Shown: one piece after another, positions 28,068 through 38,135 of the stretch
Layout: the number at the start of each line of letters is the position of its first letter
Numbering within the stretch: position 1 is the stretch's first letter
Assembly: GCA_036658095.1 (NCBI GenBank)
Contig: JAVXFC010000001.1
Span: 1-40,321, forward strand
Reading direction: 5' to 3'
Length of the DNA: 40,321 nucleotides
DNA from: Alistipes sp.
GTDB lineage: Bacteria > Bacteroidota > Bacteroidia > Bacteroidales > Rikenellaceae
Translations under genes and position numbers: made by a program
Notes under the pieces: generated by a model
The model's database searches: none
Seen by the model: only the letters and a program-made list of their open reading frames with translations
Told to the model about the DNA's origin: nothing

Positions 28068-28949
28068 ATGAAAGACGATAAAAGATTAAAACGCAAAGTA
28101 CGCAATTTCTACCTTGTATCGACCGTGAGCATGGCGCTGGTGCTGTTCTTGTTGGGGTCGGTGGGCTACCTAATGGTGGCTGCCACGAAGGTTGCCCGAT
28201 CGCTCCAAGAGAGTATTTCGGTCTCGGTGGAGCTGCACGACGGGCTTTCCGATGAGCAGAAACAGAAGCTCAACGAACGCATCGCTGCCGAGGAGTTGGT
28301 GGGCGAGATCGTCTATTCGTCGAAGGAGGAGAAGCTGACTGACAGCAACTTCCAGAAGATGTTTGAGAGCGAATTCGAGGAGATCTTGGGCGAAAATCCG
28401 CTCTTCGACTCGTTTGAACTCAAGCTCACCACCCAATCCGAAAATCAGGAGGCAGTCGATGCCTTCATCCAAAAGGTGGAGGCGATGAAGGGCATTGATC
28501 GGGTCTCCTATCCCGCTATGATGGCGGAACGACTGCACGCCACGGTGGGCAAAATCCGCTTGATCCTCTTCCTTTTCGGCAGCGCACTGCTCATCATCTC
28601 GCTCATCTTGCTGAGCAACACGATCCGTTTGGCGATCTTCTCGAAGCGCTACCTGATCAATACGATGAAGTTGGTGGGGGCGACCAAATGGTTCATCATG
28701 AAACCCTTCTTGGTGAGCAGCATCGGGCAGGGACTCATTGCGGGGTTGAGTGCCTCGGTGCTTTTTGGGCTGACCTTGTGGGGGTTGAACGAGAGCATCC
28801 CCGAGATGACGACCATTGCAGGTGCTGCGCAGGTGGTCTCGATCATTGGCGCTATGATGGGTTGCGGCGTGGTGATCTCGCTCTGCTTCACCTTCTTTGC
28901 GGTCACCAAATTTGTGAATATGAAATCTAATAAGATATACCTCTACTAA
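28068..28949 (+). CDS. ftsX: cell division permease FtsX
   Basis: S..LVLFLLG, LGENPL, NTIRL, TMKLVGAT..FI.KPF. Confidence 0.92.
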   Translation: MKDDKRLKRKVRNFYLVSTVSMALVLFLLGSVGYLMVAATKVARSLQESISVSVELHDGLSDEQKQKLNERIAAEELVGEIVYSSKEEKLTDSNFQKMFESEFEEILGENPLFDSFELKLTTQSENQEAVDAFIQKVEAMKGIDRVSYPAMMAERLHATVGKIRLILFLFGSALLIISLILLSNTIRLAIFSKRYLINTMKLVGATKWFIMKPFLVSSIGQGLIAGLSASVLFGLTLWGLNESIPEMTTIAGAAQVVSIIGAMMGCGVVISLCFTFFAVTKFVNMKSNKIYLY

Positions 28950-29198
28950 ATGGAAAACGCACAAAAAACACCCAAATCGGATCATCCGAAAATGCCGCTT
29001 ACGCGCAGGAATTACCTCTGGCTGCTGATCGGTTTTGCCGTCATTTTGCTGGGCTTCGTCTTGATGACGGGCGGCGGCAGCAACTCGCCCGACGAATTCA
29101 ACTACGCCATGTTCTCGTGGCGCCGCATTACCTTGGCGCCGATTTTGGTCATCGGTGGCTTCGTGGTCGAGATCTACGCGATCCTTAAACGCTACTAA
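28950..29198 (+). CDS. DUF3098 family small membrane protein
   Basis: NY, GF.LM.GGGS, FS.RRI.LAP; position between ftsX and uppP. Confidence 0.85.
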   Translation: MENAQKTPKSDHPKMPLTRRNYLWLLIGFAVILLGFVLMTGGGSNSPDEFNYAMFSWRRITLAPILVIGGFVVEIYAILKRY

Positions 29199-29201
29199 CG
29201 C

Positions 29202-29993
29202 ATGGATACTTTACAAGCTATCATCCTCGGTATCGTGCAGGGCATCACCGAGTTCCTCCCCGTGTCGAGCAGTGGACATTTGCAAATTGCCAAGGCACTC
29301 ATGGGGGTCGAGTTACAAGATAATATCACCTTCGATGTGGCGCTCCACGCCGCCACGGTGTTGAGTACGATTGTGGTGCTGTGGTCGGAGATTTGGCGCC
29401 TCGTCAAGGGGTTGTTTACGCGCAAATTCAATGACGAAAAGGCGTATATTTTGAAGATCGTCCTTTCGATGATCCCGATTGGAATCGTGGGTCTGCTACT
29501 CAAGGATCATCTCAATGATCTGCTCCAATCACCTGCTATCTTGATGGTTGTGGGGGTGATGTTGCTTCTCACCGCCACCCTCTTGGCATTTGCCTACTTC
29601 GCCAAGCCGCGTCAGAAGGAGTCGATCTCCTACCGCGATGCTTTGATCATCGGTGTGGCGCAATCGATCGCCGCCATGCCGGGACTCTCTCGGTCGGGTA
29701 CGACCATCGCCACGGGCTTGCTGCTGGGAAATAAGAAGGCGGCAGTGGCGCAATTTTCGTTTTTGATGGTCTTGGCGCCGATCATGGGCGAGGCTCTGCT
29801 GGACTTCGTGGAGAATGGACCTTCGAGCGAGATCGCCGTTGGCCCCTTGGCGGCAGGCTTTCTGAGTGCCTTTGTCGTGGGATGTTTGGCGTGCAAATTC
29901 ATGATCGAAATTGTCAAGCGCGGCAAGCTGATTTGGTTTGCGTTGTACTGCGCGCTGGCGGGTGTGATTTCGATTATTAGCTACCTTTATTAA
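29202..29993 (+). CDS. uppP: undecaprenyl-diphosphate phosphatase (BacA)
   Basis: [29 protein letters not shown]. Confidence 0.96.
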   Translation: MDTLQAIILGIVQGITEFLPVSSSGHLQIAKALMGVELQDNITFDVALHAATVLSTIVVLWSEIWRLVKGLFTRKFNDEKAYILKIVLSMIPIGIVGLLLKDHLNDLLQSPAILMVVGVMLLLTATLLAFAYFAKPRQKESISYRDALIIGVAQSIAAMPGLSRSGTTIATGLLLGNKKAAVAQFSFLMVLAPIMGEALLDFVENGPSSEIAVGPLAAGFLSAFVVGCLACKFMIEIVKRGKLIWFALYCALAGVISIISYLY

Positions 29994-30712
29994 TGGAACA
30001 AACACCACTGGATCTTCGGGATGTCCGCTTCGAAGAGGGCTATATAGCCGTGATTAACAAGCCGTTCGAATGGACATCGACCGATGTTGTCCGCAAAATA
30101 AAATTTGCCCTGCGACGCCTTGGCTACCCGAAAATCAAAGTCGGACACGCTGGAACGCTCGATCCTTTGGCGACGGGTATTCTGCTGGTCTGCATCGGCA
30201 AGGCGACCAAAATGGTCGATTCGTTGCAGGCGGAGGAGAAGGAGTATGTGACCGATATTTGTCTGGGTGCTACAACCCCCAGTTTCGATCTCGAACACGC
30301 TGTGGATCAAACCTATCCAACGGAACACATCACGCGCGAGAAGGTGGAGGAGGCTCTCCGCTCGCTCACAGGTGAGCGGCTGCAAATGCCACCGCTCTAC
30401 TCTGCTAAGAAGATCGAGGGGACGCGCGCCTACGAATATGCCCGTGCGGGCGAGGAGGTCGAGCTGCACAAAGCGCTGATCCATATCTACGAAATGGAGC
30501 TGCTTGAATATGAGTTGCCGCGCATCCGTGTGCGTGTGCGTTGCAGCCGAGGTACTTACATCCGCTCGCTGGGTGGCGAGATCGGCGAGGCGCTCGACAG
30601 TGGCGCCCACTTGACTTCGCTATGTCGCACACGCAGCGGGGGTTTCACACTGGATGCGGCACATGACTTGGATTTTTTTCTCGAAAAGTTGAATGAAGTT
30701 GAAACAAAATAA
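29993..30712 (+). CDS. truB: tRNA pseudouridine(55) synthase
   Basis: NKP..WTS, KVGHAGTLDPLATG, KEY, PPLYSA, CSRGTYIRSL. Confidence 0.96.
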   Translation: MEQTPLDLRDVRFEEGYIAVINKPFEWTSTDVVRKIKFALRRLGYPKIKVGHAGTLDPLATGILLVCIGKATKMVDSLQAEEKEYVTDICLGATTPSFDLEHAVDQTYPTEHITREKVEEALRSLTGERLQMPPLYSAKKIEGTRAYEYARAGEEVELHKALIHIYEMELLEYELPRIRVRVRCSRGTYIRSLGGEIGEALDSGAHLTSLCRTRSGGFTLDAAHDLDFFLEKLNEVETK

Positions 30713-30777
30713 ACTTTTTCACGTATTTAACTTAGTCTATATGTTGCACTTCGAGCGAAACAGATTAAAATTTTAGT

Positions 30778-31827
30778 ATGAAACTTTCACAATACGGGTA
30801 CGATTTCTCCCCCGAAATGCTGGCGAAATATCCAGCTGAGAATCGCGACGAATCGCGCCTCATGGTTGTCGATCGTGCCAAAGGTACCATCGAACACCGC
30901 ATTTTCAAAGATATACTCGACTACTTCGATGAGAAGGATATGTTCGTTTTCAACGACACAAAGGTCTTTCCTGCACGCCTTTACGGCAACAAGGAGAAGA
31001 CAGGTGCCGAGATCGAAATTTTCCTGCTGCGGGAGTTGAATCGCGAGCTGCGGTTGTGGGACGTGTTGGTGGATCCGGCACGCAAAATCCGTATTGGCAA
31101 CAAACTCTACTTTGGCGATGACGACTTGCTGGTGGCCGAGGTGATCGACAACACCACCTCGCGCGGTCGCACGCTTCGCTTCCTTTTCGACGGCTCGTAT
31201 GAGGAGTTCAAGGAGGCGCTGTTTCGCATGGGCGAAACCCCGCTGCCCAAGTGGGTGCGTGAAAAAGTCGAACCCGAAGATGCCGACCGCTACCAGACGA
31301 TCTTTGCCGACAAAGAGGGGGCTGTGGCAGCACCGACGGCAGGTCTGCACTTCTCGAAACACCTGATGAAACGCATGGAAATCAAGGGGATCAGCAAATC
31401 TTTTGTGACGCTTCACGTGGGGTTGGGAAACTTCCGCACGGTGGATGTTGAGGACCTCTCGAAACATAAAATGGACTCGGAGCAGTTTGTGGTCACGGAC
31501 GAAACGGCTGGGATCATCAACGGAGCTAAGACCAACGGCAGCAAGATTGTTGCTATTGGTACCACCGTGATGCGGACGCTCGAAACCGCCGTCTCAACCA
31601 ATGGATTGATCAAGCCAATGGACGGGTGGACGAATAAATTCATCTTCTCGCCCTACGAGTTTACCGTAGCCGATCGCATGGTGACCAACTTCCAGCTGCC
31701 CTACTCGACGCAGCTGATGATGGTGGCAGCCTTTGGTGGTTACGAATGTATTATGAATGCCTATAAGGTTGCCAAGCAGGAGAAGTATCGTTTTGGAACC
31801 TACGGTGATGCAATGTTGATTTTATAA
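30778..31827 (+). CDS. queA: S-adenosylmethionine:tRNA ribosyltransferase-isomerase
   Basis: [53 protein letters not shown]. Confidence 0.93.
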   Translation: MKLSQYGYDFSPEMLAKYPAENRDESRLMVVDRAKGTIEHRIFKDILDYFDEKDMFVFNDTKVFPARLYGNKEKTGAEIEIFLLRELNRELRLWDVLVDPARKIRIGNKLYFGDDDLLVAEVIDNTTSRGRTLRFLFDGSYEEFKEALFRMGETPLPKWVREKVEPEDADRYQTIFADKEGAVAAPTAGLHFSKHLMKRMEIKGISKSFVTLHVGLGNFRTVDVEDLSKHKMDSEQFVVTDETAGIINGAKTNGSKIVAIGTTVMRTLETAVSTNGLIKPMDGWTNKFIFSPYEFTVADRMVTNFQLPYSTQLMMVAAFGGYECIMNAYKVAKQEKYRFGTYGDAMLIL

Positions 31828-31891
31828 AATGTTGAGTTCTATGGGAACGCGTTTGCAAAGGCGTTTGTGCCATTCTTTAGGATTTTTTCAC

Positions 31892-31899
31892 TATCTTTG
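31892..31899 (+). promoter_or_regulatory. -7 promoter box for the GT5-like/DUF4270 pair
   Basis: TATCTTTG(CA) 24 nt before the ATG at 31924. Confidence 0.7.
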
Positions 31900-31923
31900 C
31901 ATTTATATATAAAAAAATCGATC

Positions 31924-32733
31924 ATGGCAGTAAGTAAGATATTGTACGTGTGTCAGGAGATCACACCCTATCTTCCCGAGACAGAATGTTCGGTATTGTG
32001 CCGTCGTTTGACACAGGCTATGCAGGAACGCAGCAATGAAATCCGAACCTTTATGCCTCGTTATGGCTGCATTAACGAACGTCGACACCAGCTTCACGAG
32101 GTGATTCGTTTGTCGGGTATGAATATGATTATCGACGACAACGATCATCAGCTCATCATCAAGGTGGCGTCGATTCCCGCGGCGCGCGTCCAGATCTACT
32201 TCATCGACAACGACGACTACTTTGCCCGCAAAGCGGTGTTGAAGGAGGCGGATGATACTTATTTTGACGACAACGACGAGCGGGCTATTTTCTTTGCGCG
32301 CGGCGTGTTGGAGACGGTCAAAAAACTGCGCTGGACACCCACCGTGGTGCATTGTCACGGCTGGTTCTCGGCAGTGGTGCCAATCTATCTGAAGAAGGTT
32401 TTTGCCGATGATCCCATTTTCAAAAATGTAAAAATCGTCATCTCGCTCTACGACAATGGCTTCGATGGGTTGCTCGACCAAGGTTTCCGTACGAAAATTG
32501 AACACGAAGGGATCAAAGATAAAAATTTGCAGATTCTCGATGAACCCTCATACGAAAACCTCTGTCGTTTCGTTATAGGCTATGCCGACGGTGTGATTGC
32601 CGCCTCGCCAGAGGTCGATCCCGCTCTGCTGGCGCTGGCTCGCGAAGGCGGGAAACACGTCATGGATTACCAGTCGCCCGAGGAGGAGGACTTTTTCGAT
32701 AACTATAACCGATTCTATGAAGAATTACAATAA
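31924..32733 (+). CDS. glycogen/starch synthase N-terminal (Glyco_transf_5) domain-only protein
   Basis: EI.PY, IRTFMPRYG, YFIDN..YF.R, DNDER..FF, VHCHGW; 269 aa from MAVSK. Confidence 0.85.
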   Translation: MAVSKILYVCQEITPYLPETECSVLCRRLTQAMQERSNEIRTFMPRYGCINERRHQLHEVIRLSGMNMIIDDNDHQLIIKVASIPAARVQIYFIDNDDYFARKAVLKEADDTYFDDNDERAIFFARGVLETVKKLRWTPTVVHCHGWFSAVVPIYLKKVFADDPIFKNVKIVISLYDNGFDGLLDQGFRTKIEHEGIKDKNLQILDEPSYENLCRFVIGYADGVIAASPEVDPALLALAREGGKHVMDYQSPEEEDFFDNYNRFYEELQ

Positions 32734-34303
32734 GTTCCGTTGTGTGTGGAGTGCCTTTGCGGTGCTGCTTGTGACGGGCATTTTGAGTTTTGCAGGATGT
32801 ACCACCTCCGACGATACCCTCGGAAGTGATTTTTTGCCCGATAACCAAGAGATGACCTCCGGGACACTGCGGCTGGACAAGGCGAAACGCTACTTCGAGA
32901 CGCGCCTCTTCCAAACCGACTCTATCAAGGCTTCAAATATCGGCTCCGGATACTTCGGTACCTCGCGAAACGACACTACTGGGCTGGTCTCGGCAGGATT
33001 CTTGTCGCAGTTTCTGAGCTACTACCGCGTCGATTCGGCCTATTTCGGCTACCGCCCGATCTTCGACTCGGCACAAATTGTCCTGAGCATCACGCAAAAA
33101 GGGCGCGATACGTTGACTCCACAGGAGTTCGCCGTCTACGAAATCATCAACAACGACTATCTGAAGAGGAGCGATACGGTTTTCTATCTCAATTTCGACC
33201 CGACAAAATATGTCAGCGCCGAGCCGCTCTTCACCTTCACCTTCCCCAACGGAACCTCGACAGGACCCTCGTCGAAGGCGGTGACGATGACCCCCACGGC
33301 AAAAGGGCGTGAGTTTGTCAATCGCCTGATGATCTCGGACGGCACGAAACTCTACCAAGAGGGGGTGGGGTACTCCACCTACACGGACGGGGCGAAATTC
33401 GTCAACACCTTCAAAGGTCTCTACGTCAAGCCTACGCACCCCGAAACCATGGTCGCAGGCAAAGGCTCGGTCTTCGGCACAACACTCTCGGCATCGGGAT
33501 TTTCGATCTTTTGCCGCAACCGTGTGGAGAGCGATCCGACGCTGATCAACGATACGATTGGGGCGCTCTACTACTTCTACGACACATCGGTCACCGATGT
33601 GGGTAACAAATCGGTCAACATCGTCCACCACGACTATGCGGGTTCGCAGATCAACATCGCCGAGGCGGTGGAGACCAACACGGCACGCCCTCTCAATACG
33701 AACATCATCGTCACGGGCATGGGTGGCGTGGTCTCGGAGCTGAGCTTCACGCAGGAGTTTTTCGATGCGATCGAGGAGGTGCTGACCAAGGCGAACGATG
33801 CTGCCGCGGCAAAGGGACTACCTGCGGACTACAAAACGCTGGCAATCAATCGCGGTCTGCTGACGATCTACTTCACGGGAGGCGACTACGACTGGGCGAA
33901 GATCGATGTGCCGGTGGTTACGCCGCTGATGTCGGCAGCGTTGCCGCGCATGGGGAGCTACACCAACTTCAAGAAGCTGGTCGGCATTCCCGACTATGAT
34001 TATTACGCGGAGAAAAACTACAACTCCACGCTCGACTACGGTGGCTACATCAACCGCAGTCAAGGGTGTTACAGGCTCGATATTTCGGGATTTGTGCAGC
34101 AGTTGTGGAACAGCTACAAGCAAGAGAAAACGGCCGTTGGTCGCGAAAAAGTTGATTTGTCGAAAATTAAGGATCGGGCAATTTACCTCGCTCCCGATGC
34201 CTACAACCTTTTCACAACCGCTTTTGCCAAGGTGCAGGGTATGGAGGGGGGAACGAACACTGCTCCCGTGAAGATCGACCTTACCTACACCTTAATAAAA
34301 TAG
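32717..34303 (+). CDS. lipoprotein, probably DUF4270 family
   Basis: Start reassigned to MKNYNK (32717); lipobox FAGC then TTSDDTLG; FKGLYV; usual position after the GT5-like gene. Confidence 0.75.
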   Translation: MKNYNKFRCVWSAFAVLLVTGILSFAGCTTSDDTLGSDFLPDNQEMTSGTLRLDKAKRYFETRLFQTDSIKASNIGSGYFGTSRNDTTGLVSAGFLSQFLSYYRVDSAYFGYRPIFDSAQIVLSITQKGRDTLTPQEFAVYEIINNDYLKRSDTVFYLNFDPTKYVSAEPLFTFTFPNGTSTGPSSKAVTMTPTAKGREFVNRLMISDGTKLYQEGVGYSTYTDGAKFVNTFKGLYVKPTHPETMVAGKGSVFGTTLSASGFSIFCRNRVESDPTLINDTIGALYYFYDTSVTDVGNKSVNIVHHDYAGSQINIAEAVETNTARPLNTNIIVTGMGGVVSELSFTQEFFDAIEEVLTKANDAAAAKGLPADYKTLAINRGLLTIYFTGGDYDWAKIDVPVVTPLMSAALPRMGSYTNFKKLVGIPDYDYYAEKNYNSTLDYGGYINRSQGCYRLDISGFVQQLWNSYKQEKTAVGREKVDLSKIKDRAIYLAPDAYNLFTTAFAKVQGMEGGTNTAPVKIDLTYTLIK

Positions 34304-34325
34304 AGAAAAAAAGAACGCACGGCGG

Positions 34326-34347
34326 AACCTAAGTAAACACTTAGGTT
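34326..34347 (+). terminator. hairpin between the lipoprotein gene and topA (possible terminator or processing stem)
   Basis: AACCTAAGT-aaac-ACTTAGGTT, followed by TTCGCATTTT. Confidence 0.5.
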
Positions 34348-34422
34348 TTCGCATTTTAAGGTTACTGACGAATGAAAGGTCGTCCATAATTTCGGATTAT
34401 TTAGAATGATAGAAAATTTATA

Positions 34423-36723
34423 ATGCAGGAAAATTTAGTAATTGTCGAGTCACCCGCCAAGGCGAAAACGATCGAGAAGTTCCTCGGCAAGGATTTCACC
34501 GTCACATCCAGTTTTGGTCACATTCGTGACCTATCGAAAAAAGCCCTCGGCATCCACATCGACGACGGCTTCAAACCCGTTTACGAAATCCCCGCCGACA
34601 AGAAAAAAGTCGTCGACGGATTGACCAAGTTGGCGAAGGATGCCAAGACCGTCTGGCTGGCGTCCGATGAGGACCGCGAGGGAGAGGCGATCGCATGGCA
34701 CCTTGCCGAAGTGCTGGGGCTGCCCGTCGATAAGACGAAGCGAATTGTCTTCCACGAGATCACCAAGCGTGCCATTTTGGAGGCGATCGAGAAGCCCCGC
34801 ACCATTGATATGAATCTGGTCAACGCACAGCAGGCGCGCCGTATGCTCGACCGTTTGGTGGGCTTCGAACTTTCGCCCGTGCTGTGGAAAAAAGTGCGTC
34901 CCGCCCTCTCGGCAGGTCGCGTGCAAAGTGTGGCTGTGCGGCTGTTGGTGGAGCGCGAGCGCGAGATCATCGCCTTCAATTCGACCCCTTACTTCCGTGT
35001 GGTGGCGCAATTCTACATGGCTGACGATGCGGCGAAGATCCTCTTCAAAGCCGAGCTTCCTTCGCGTTTCGAGACTCAGGAGCAGGCGCACCAATTCCTT
35101 GAGAGCTGCATAGGCGCAAGTTTCTCTGTTGCCAAATCGGAGGAGAAACCCGCGCAGCGTTACCCTGCACCTCCGTTTACCACCTCGACCCTCCAGCAGG
35201 AGGCGGGGCGCAAACTGAGTATGTCGGTGTCGCAGACCATGTCGGTGGCGCAACATCTCTACGAGCAAGGTTTGATCACCTATATGCGTACCGACTCGGT
35301 CAACCTGTCTCAAATGGCGTTGGCGCAGTGCAAAGAGGAGGTTACGAAGCTCTTCGGCGAGAACTACTCGTCGTGGCACAACTATAAAACCAAGACCAAA
35401 GGGGCGCAAGAGGCGCATGAGGCTATCCGTCCCTCGTACGTCGATCGCCAGACGATCGAAGGTACACCCGCCGAAAAGAAGCTCTACGATCTGATCTGGA
35501 AGCGTACCGTGGCGTCGCAAATGGTTTGTGCTGAGCTGGATCGCACCACCGTGACGATCAACATCTCCTCCTCGCCGCTGCAATTTGTGGCTTCGGGCGA
35601 GGTGATCCGCTTCGACGGTTTCCTGCGTCTCTACTCCGAGTCCTCGGACGAAGAGCCTGCGGAACAGAGCGGCGAAGGATTGCTGCCCAAAATGCAGCCC
35701 AACGATCTGTTGATCTCGACACAAATAACAGCTACGCAACGATTTACGCAGGCGCCTGCTCGTTACAACGAGGCGTCGTTGGTCAAGCGTATGGAGGAGT
35801 TGGGCATCGGGCGTCCTTCGACCTACGCCCCGACGATCACCACGATCATCAACCGCGGGTATGTGGTCAAACAAAACAAAGATGGACAGAAGCGCGACTA
35901 TACGCAGCTGACCCTTACGAACGATAAAATTGCGAGCAAGGTGCAGAGTGAGAGTTATGGCAAAGAGAAAAACCGCCTCTCACCGACCGATATTGGCATG
36001 GTAGTCAATGACTACCTTGAGGCGCAGTTTGGTCCTATCATCGATTATAATTTTACCGCCAACGTCGAGAAGGAGTTCGACCACATCGCCGAGGGCGATA
36101 TCACGTGGGACAAGATGATCGCCGATTTCTACGATCCGTTCCACAAAATGGTCGACGAGGCGATCAGTATGCAGACCGATAAGAGCAACATGGCGCATAT
36201 CTTGGGCAACGATCCCAAGACGGGACGCATTGTCAAGGCGCGCATCGGTCGCTATGGCCCCATGGTCGAGATCGAGGGTGCCGAGGGCGAGAAAGGTCAC
36301 TTTGCCTCGCTCAAAAAGGGACAGCTGATCGAGTCGATCACCCTTGAGGAGGCGCTGGAACTCTTTGCATTACCCCGCAATTTGGGACAGCTCGACGGTG
36401 AGGATCTCATGGTGGGCATCGGTAAATATGGGGCTTATGTGCGTTATGGAAAGGCGTTTGCGTCGTTGGCGAAGACCGACGATCCCTACAAAATCACCTA
36501 CGAACGCGCCGTGGAGCTGGTGCATGAACACAAAACAGCAGCCACGATAGCAGCCACGCCTTTGCGCAGCTTTGAGGAAAATCCCGATATGGTGGTCAAA
36601 AATGGTCGCTATGGACCCTACATCGCCTGCAAAGGGAAGAACTACCGCCTGCCGAAAGGGGCTACACCCGAAACATTAACCCTCGAAGAGTGCCTGAAAA
36701 TTGTGGCTTCATCGAAAAAATAA
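34423..36723 (+). CDS. topA: DNA topoisomerase I (type IA)
   Basis: IVESPAKAKTI, GHIRDL, DEDREGE, SAGRVQS, ITYMRTDS, QEAHEAIRP, GIGRPSTY; C-terminal GRYGP-type repeats. Confidence 0.97.
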   Translation: MQENLVIVESPAKAKTIEKFLGKDFTVTSSFGHIRDLSKKALGIHIDDGFKPVYEIPADKKKVVDGLTKLAKDAKTVWLASDEDREGEAIAWHLAEVLGLPVDKTKRIVFHEITKRAILEAIEKPRTIDMNLVNAQQARRMLDRLVGFELSPVLWKKVRPALSAGRVQSVAVRLLVEREREIIAFNSTPYFRVVAQFYMADDAAKILFKAELPSRFETQEQAHQFLESCIGASFSVAKSEEKPAQRYPAPPFTTSTLQQEAGRKLSMSVSQTMSVAQHLYEQGLITYMRTDSVNLSQMALAQCKEEVTKLFGENYSSWHNYKTKTKGAQEAHEAIRPSYVDRQTIEGTPAEKKLYDLIWKRTVASQMVCAELDRTTVTINISSSPLQFVASGEVIRFDGFLRLYSESSDEEPAEQSGEGLLPKMQPNDLLISTQITATQRFTQAPARYNEASLVKRMEELGIGRPSTYAPTITTIINRGYVVKQNKDGQKRDYTQLTLTNDKIASKVQSESYGKEKNRLSPTDIGMVVNDYLEAQFGPIIDYNFTANVEKEFDHIAEGDITWDKMIADFYDPFHKMVDEAISMQTDKSNMAHILGNDPKTGRIVKARIGRYGPMVEIEGAEGEKGHFASLKKGQLIESITLEEALELFALPRNLGQLDGEDLMVGIGKYGAYVRYGKAFASLAKTDDPYKITYERAVELVHEHKTAATIAATPLRSFEENPDMVVKNGRYGPYIACKGKNYRLPKGATPETLTLEECLKIVASSKK

Positions 36724-36749
36724 ACTAACCTAAAACTTAAATATTCAAG

Positions 36750-37943
36750 ATGAAAAAAACCCTCCTGACTGCTCTTGCGTTTGGCTTTGCCCTCACGGTG
36801 AGCGCGCAAGCACCCGAACAAAAGCCCGAAGGTTACACCTTCACCGACACAAAAACGGTACCCAGTACCCCTATCAAAGATCAATATCGTAGCGGCACGT
36901 GCTGGTGCTTCTCGGCGCTTGGATTCATCGAGAGCGAAATTATGCGCGCTGGTGGCGAGCAACTCGACCTTTCGGAGATGTGGATCGTGCGTAATATCTA
37001 CTTCGAAAAGGCGATCAAATATGCTCGTCTGCACGGACATCTGAACCTCGCTGTGGGTGGACAAGCCTACGATGTGACCAACGGAATCATGAAATATGGC
37101 ATTGTCCCTCAGGACGTTTACCCCGGCTTGAACTATGGTTCCGACAAACCTTTCTTTGCCGAGATCGACGCTATCATCAAAGCCTACATGGACGCGGTGA
37201 TCAAGGGCAATCAGGGCGGTAAGCTCTCGACGGCTTGGCAGCGCGGTTTGAACGCCATTCTCGACGAGTATTTCGGCGAGATGCCTGAGAAGTTCACCTA
37301 CAAAGGCAAGGAATATACCCCTAAATCGTTCGCAGCTTCGTTGCCGATCGACATCAAAGATTACGTTTCGATCACCTCATTTACCCACCACCCCTTCTAC
37401 ACGCAGTTCATCATGGAGATCCCCGACAACTGGACGTGGGAGTCGATCTATAACCTCCCGTTGAACGAGATGATGAGCGTGGTTGACAACGCTTTGGCGA
37501 ACAACTACACCATCGAATGGTCGACCGATGTGAGCGAAAAAGGCTTCGACCGCACCAAAGCAATCGGCATTATTCCCGAAACCGAGATCGAGAATCTGGG
37601 CGGTACGGAGGCTGAGAAATGGGGCAAGCTGACGGCTGCCGAGCGCAATGCGGCACTCTATTCGTTCGACAAACCCGGCAAGGAGAAGCACATCACGCAG
37701 CAGGATCGCCAAGAGGCTTTCGATAACTACGAGACCACCGATGATCACGGCATGGAGATCGTGGGTACGGCGGTCGATCAGATCGGCAACCCTTACTTCA
37801 AGGTCAAAAATTCGTGGAATACACTCCCTCCTTATGCGGGATATTACTACTTCTCGCGTCCGTTTGTGGAGGCCAAGACGATCACAATCATGGTCAACAA
37901 GAACGCTGTTCCGAAAGATATTCGCAAAAAATTGGGCATCTAA
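36750..37943 (+). CDS. secreted C1 family cysteine aminopeptidase (PepC/bleomycin hydrolase-like)
   Basis: Signal peptide ending VSA-Q; QYRSGTCW, DDHGM and VKNSW catalytic motifs. Confidence 0.92.
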   Translation: MKKTLLTALAFGFALTVSAQAPEQKPEGYTFTDTKTVPSTPIKDQYRSGTCWCFSALGFIESEIMRAGGEQLDLSEMWIVRNIYFEKAIKYARLHGHLNLAVGGQAYDVTNGIMKYGIVPQDVYPGLNYGSDKPFFAEIDAIIKAYMDAVIKGNQGGKLSTAWQRGLNAILDEYFGEMPEKFTYKGKEYTPKSFAASLPIDIKDYVSITSFTHHPFYTQFIMEIPDNWTWESIYNLPLNEMMSVVDNALANNYTIEWSTDVSEKGFDRTKAIGIIPETEIENLGGTEAEKWGKLTAAERNAALYSFDKPGKEKHITQQDRQEAFDNYETTDDHGMEIVGTAVDQIGNPYFKVKNSWNTLPPYAGYYYFSRPFVEAKTITIMVNKNAVPKDIRKKLGI

Positions 37944-37959
37944 TCGCCCCTTTCTTCTT

Positions 37960-38003
37960 AACAATCCTCGCAAACGAAATGGTTTGCGAGGATTGTTTTG
38001 TTT
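37960..38003 (+). terminator. intrinsic terminator after the peptidase gene
   Basis: AACAATCCTCGCAAAC-gaaatg-GTTTGCGAGGATTGTT, 16-bp stem, followed by TTGTTT. Confidence 0.85.
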
Positions 38004-38099
38004 CGTGTAATCGTTGTCGAAAAAGGAGCATATCGTGCTGCAATGGGTATATCTGTTCAGCGCCACGCGGTGGGCGTTGTGCTACCCGAAAATATTTAT

Positions 38100-38107
38100 T
38101 ATCTTTG
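38100..38107 (+). promoter_or_regulatory. -7 promoter box for the Omp85 gene
   Basis: TATCTTTG(CA) with TTG 20 nt upstream (38077-38079). Confidence 0.72.
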
Positions 38108-38135
38108 CATCGTGAATTTGAAAAATTGCGGTGAA

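Noticed and set aside
31845-31865. AACGC..GCGTT hairpin after queA as a terminator
   Set aside because: Short imperfect stem and weak U tract; not supportable.
34358-34392. Hammerhead ribozyme-like CTGACGA..GAAA upstream of topA
   Set aside because: Only 2 nt between the core segments, so no stem II, and no UH cleavage site in register with stems I and III.
36200-36723. Repeated GRYGP/GKYGAY units in the TopA C-terminus as a novelty
   Set aside because: Known zinc-free topoisomerase C-terminal repeats.
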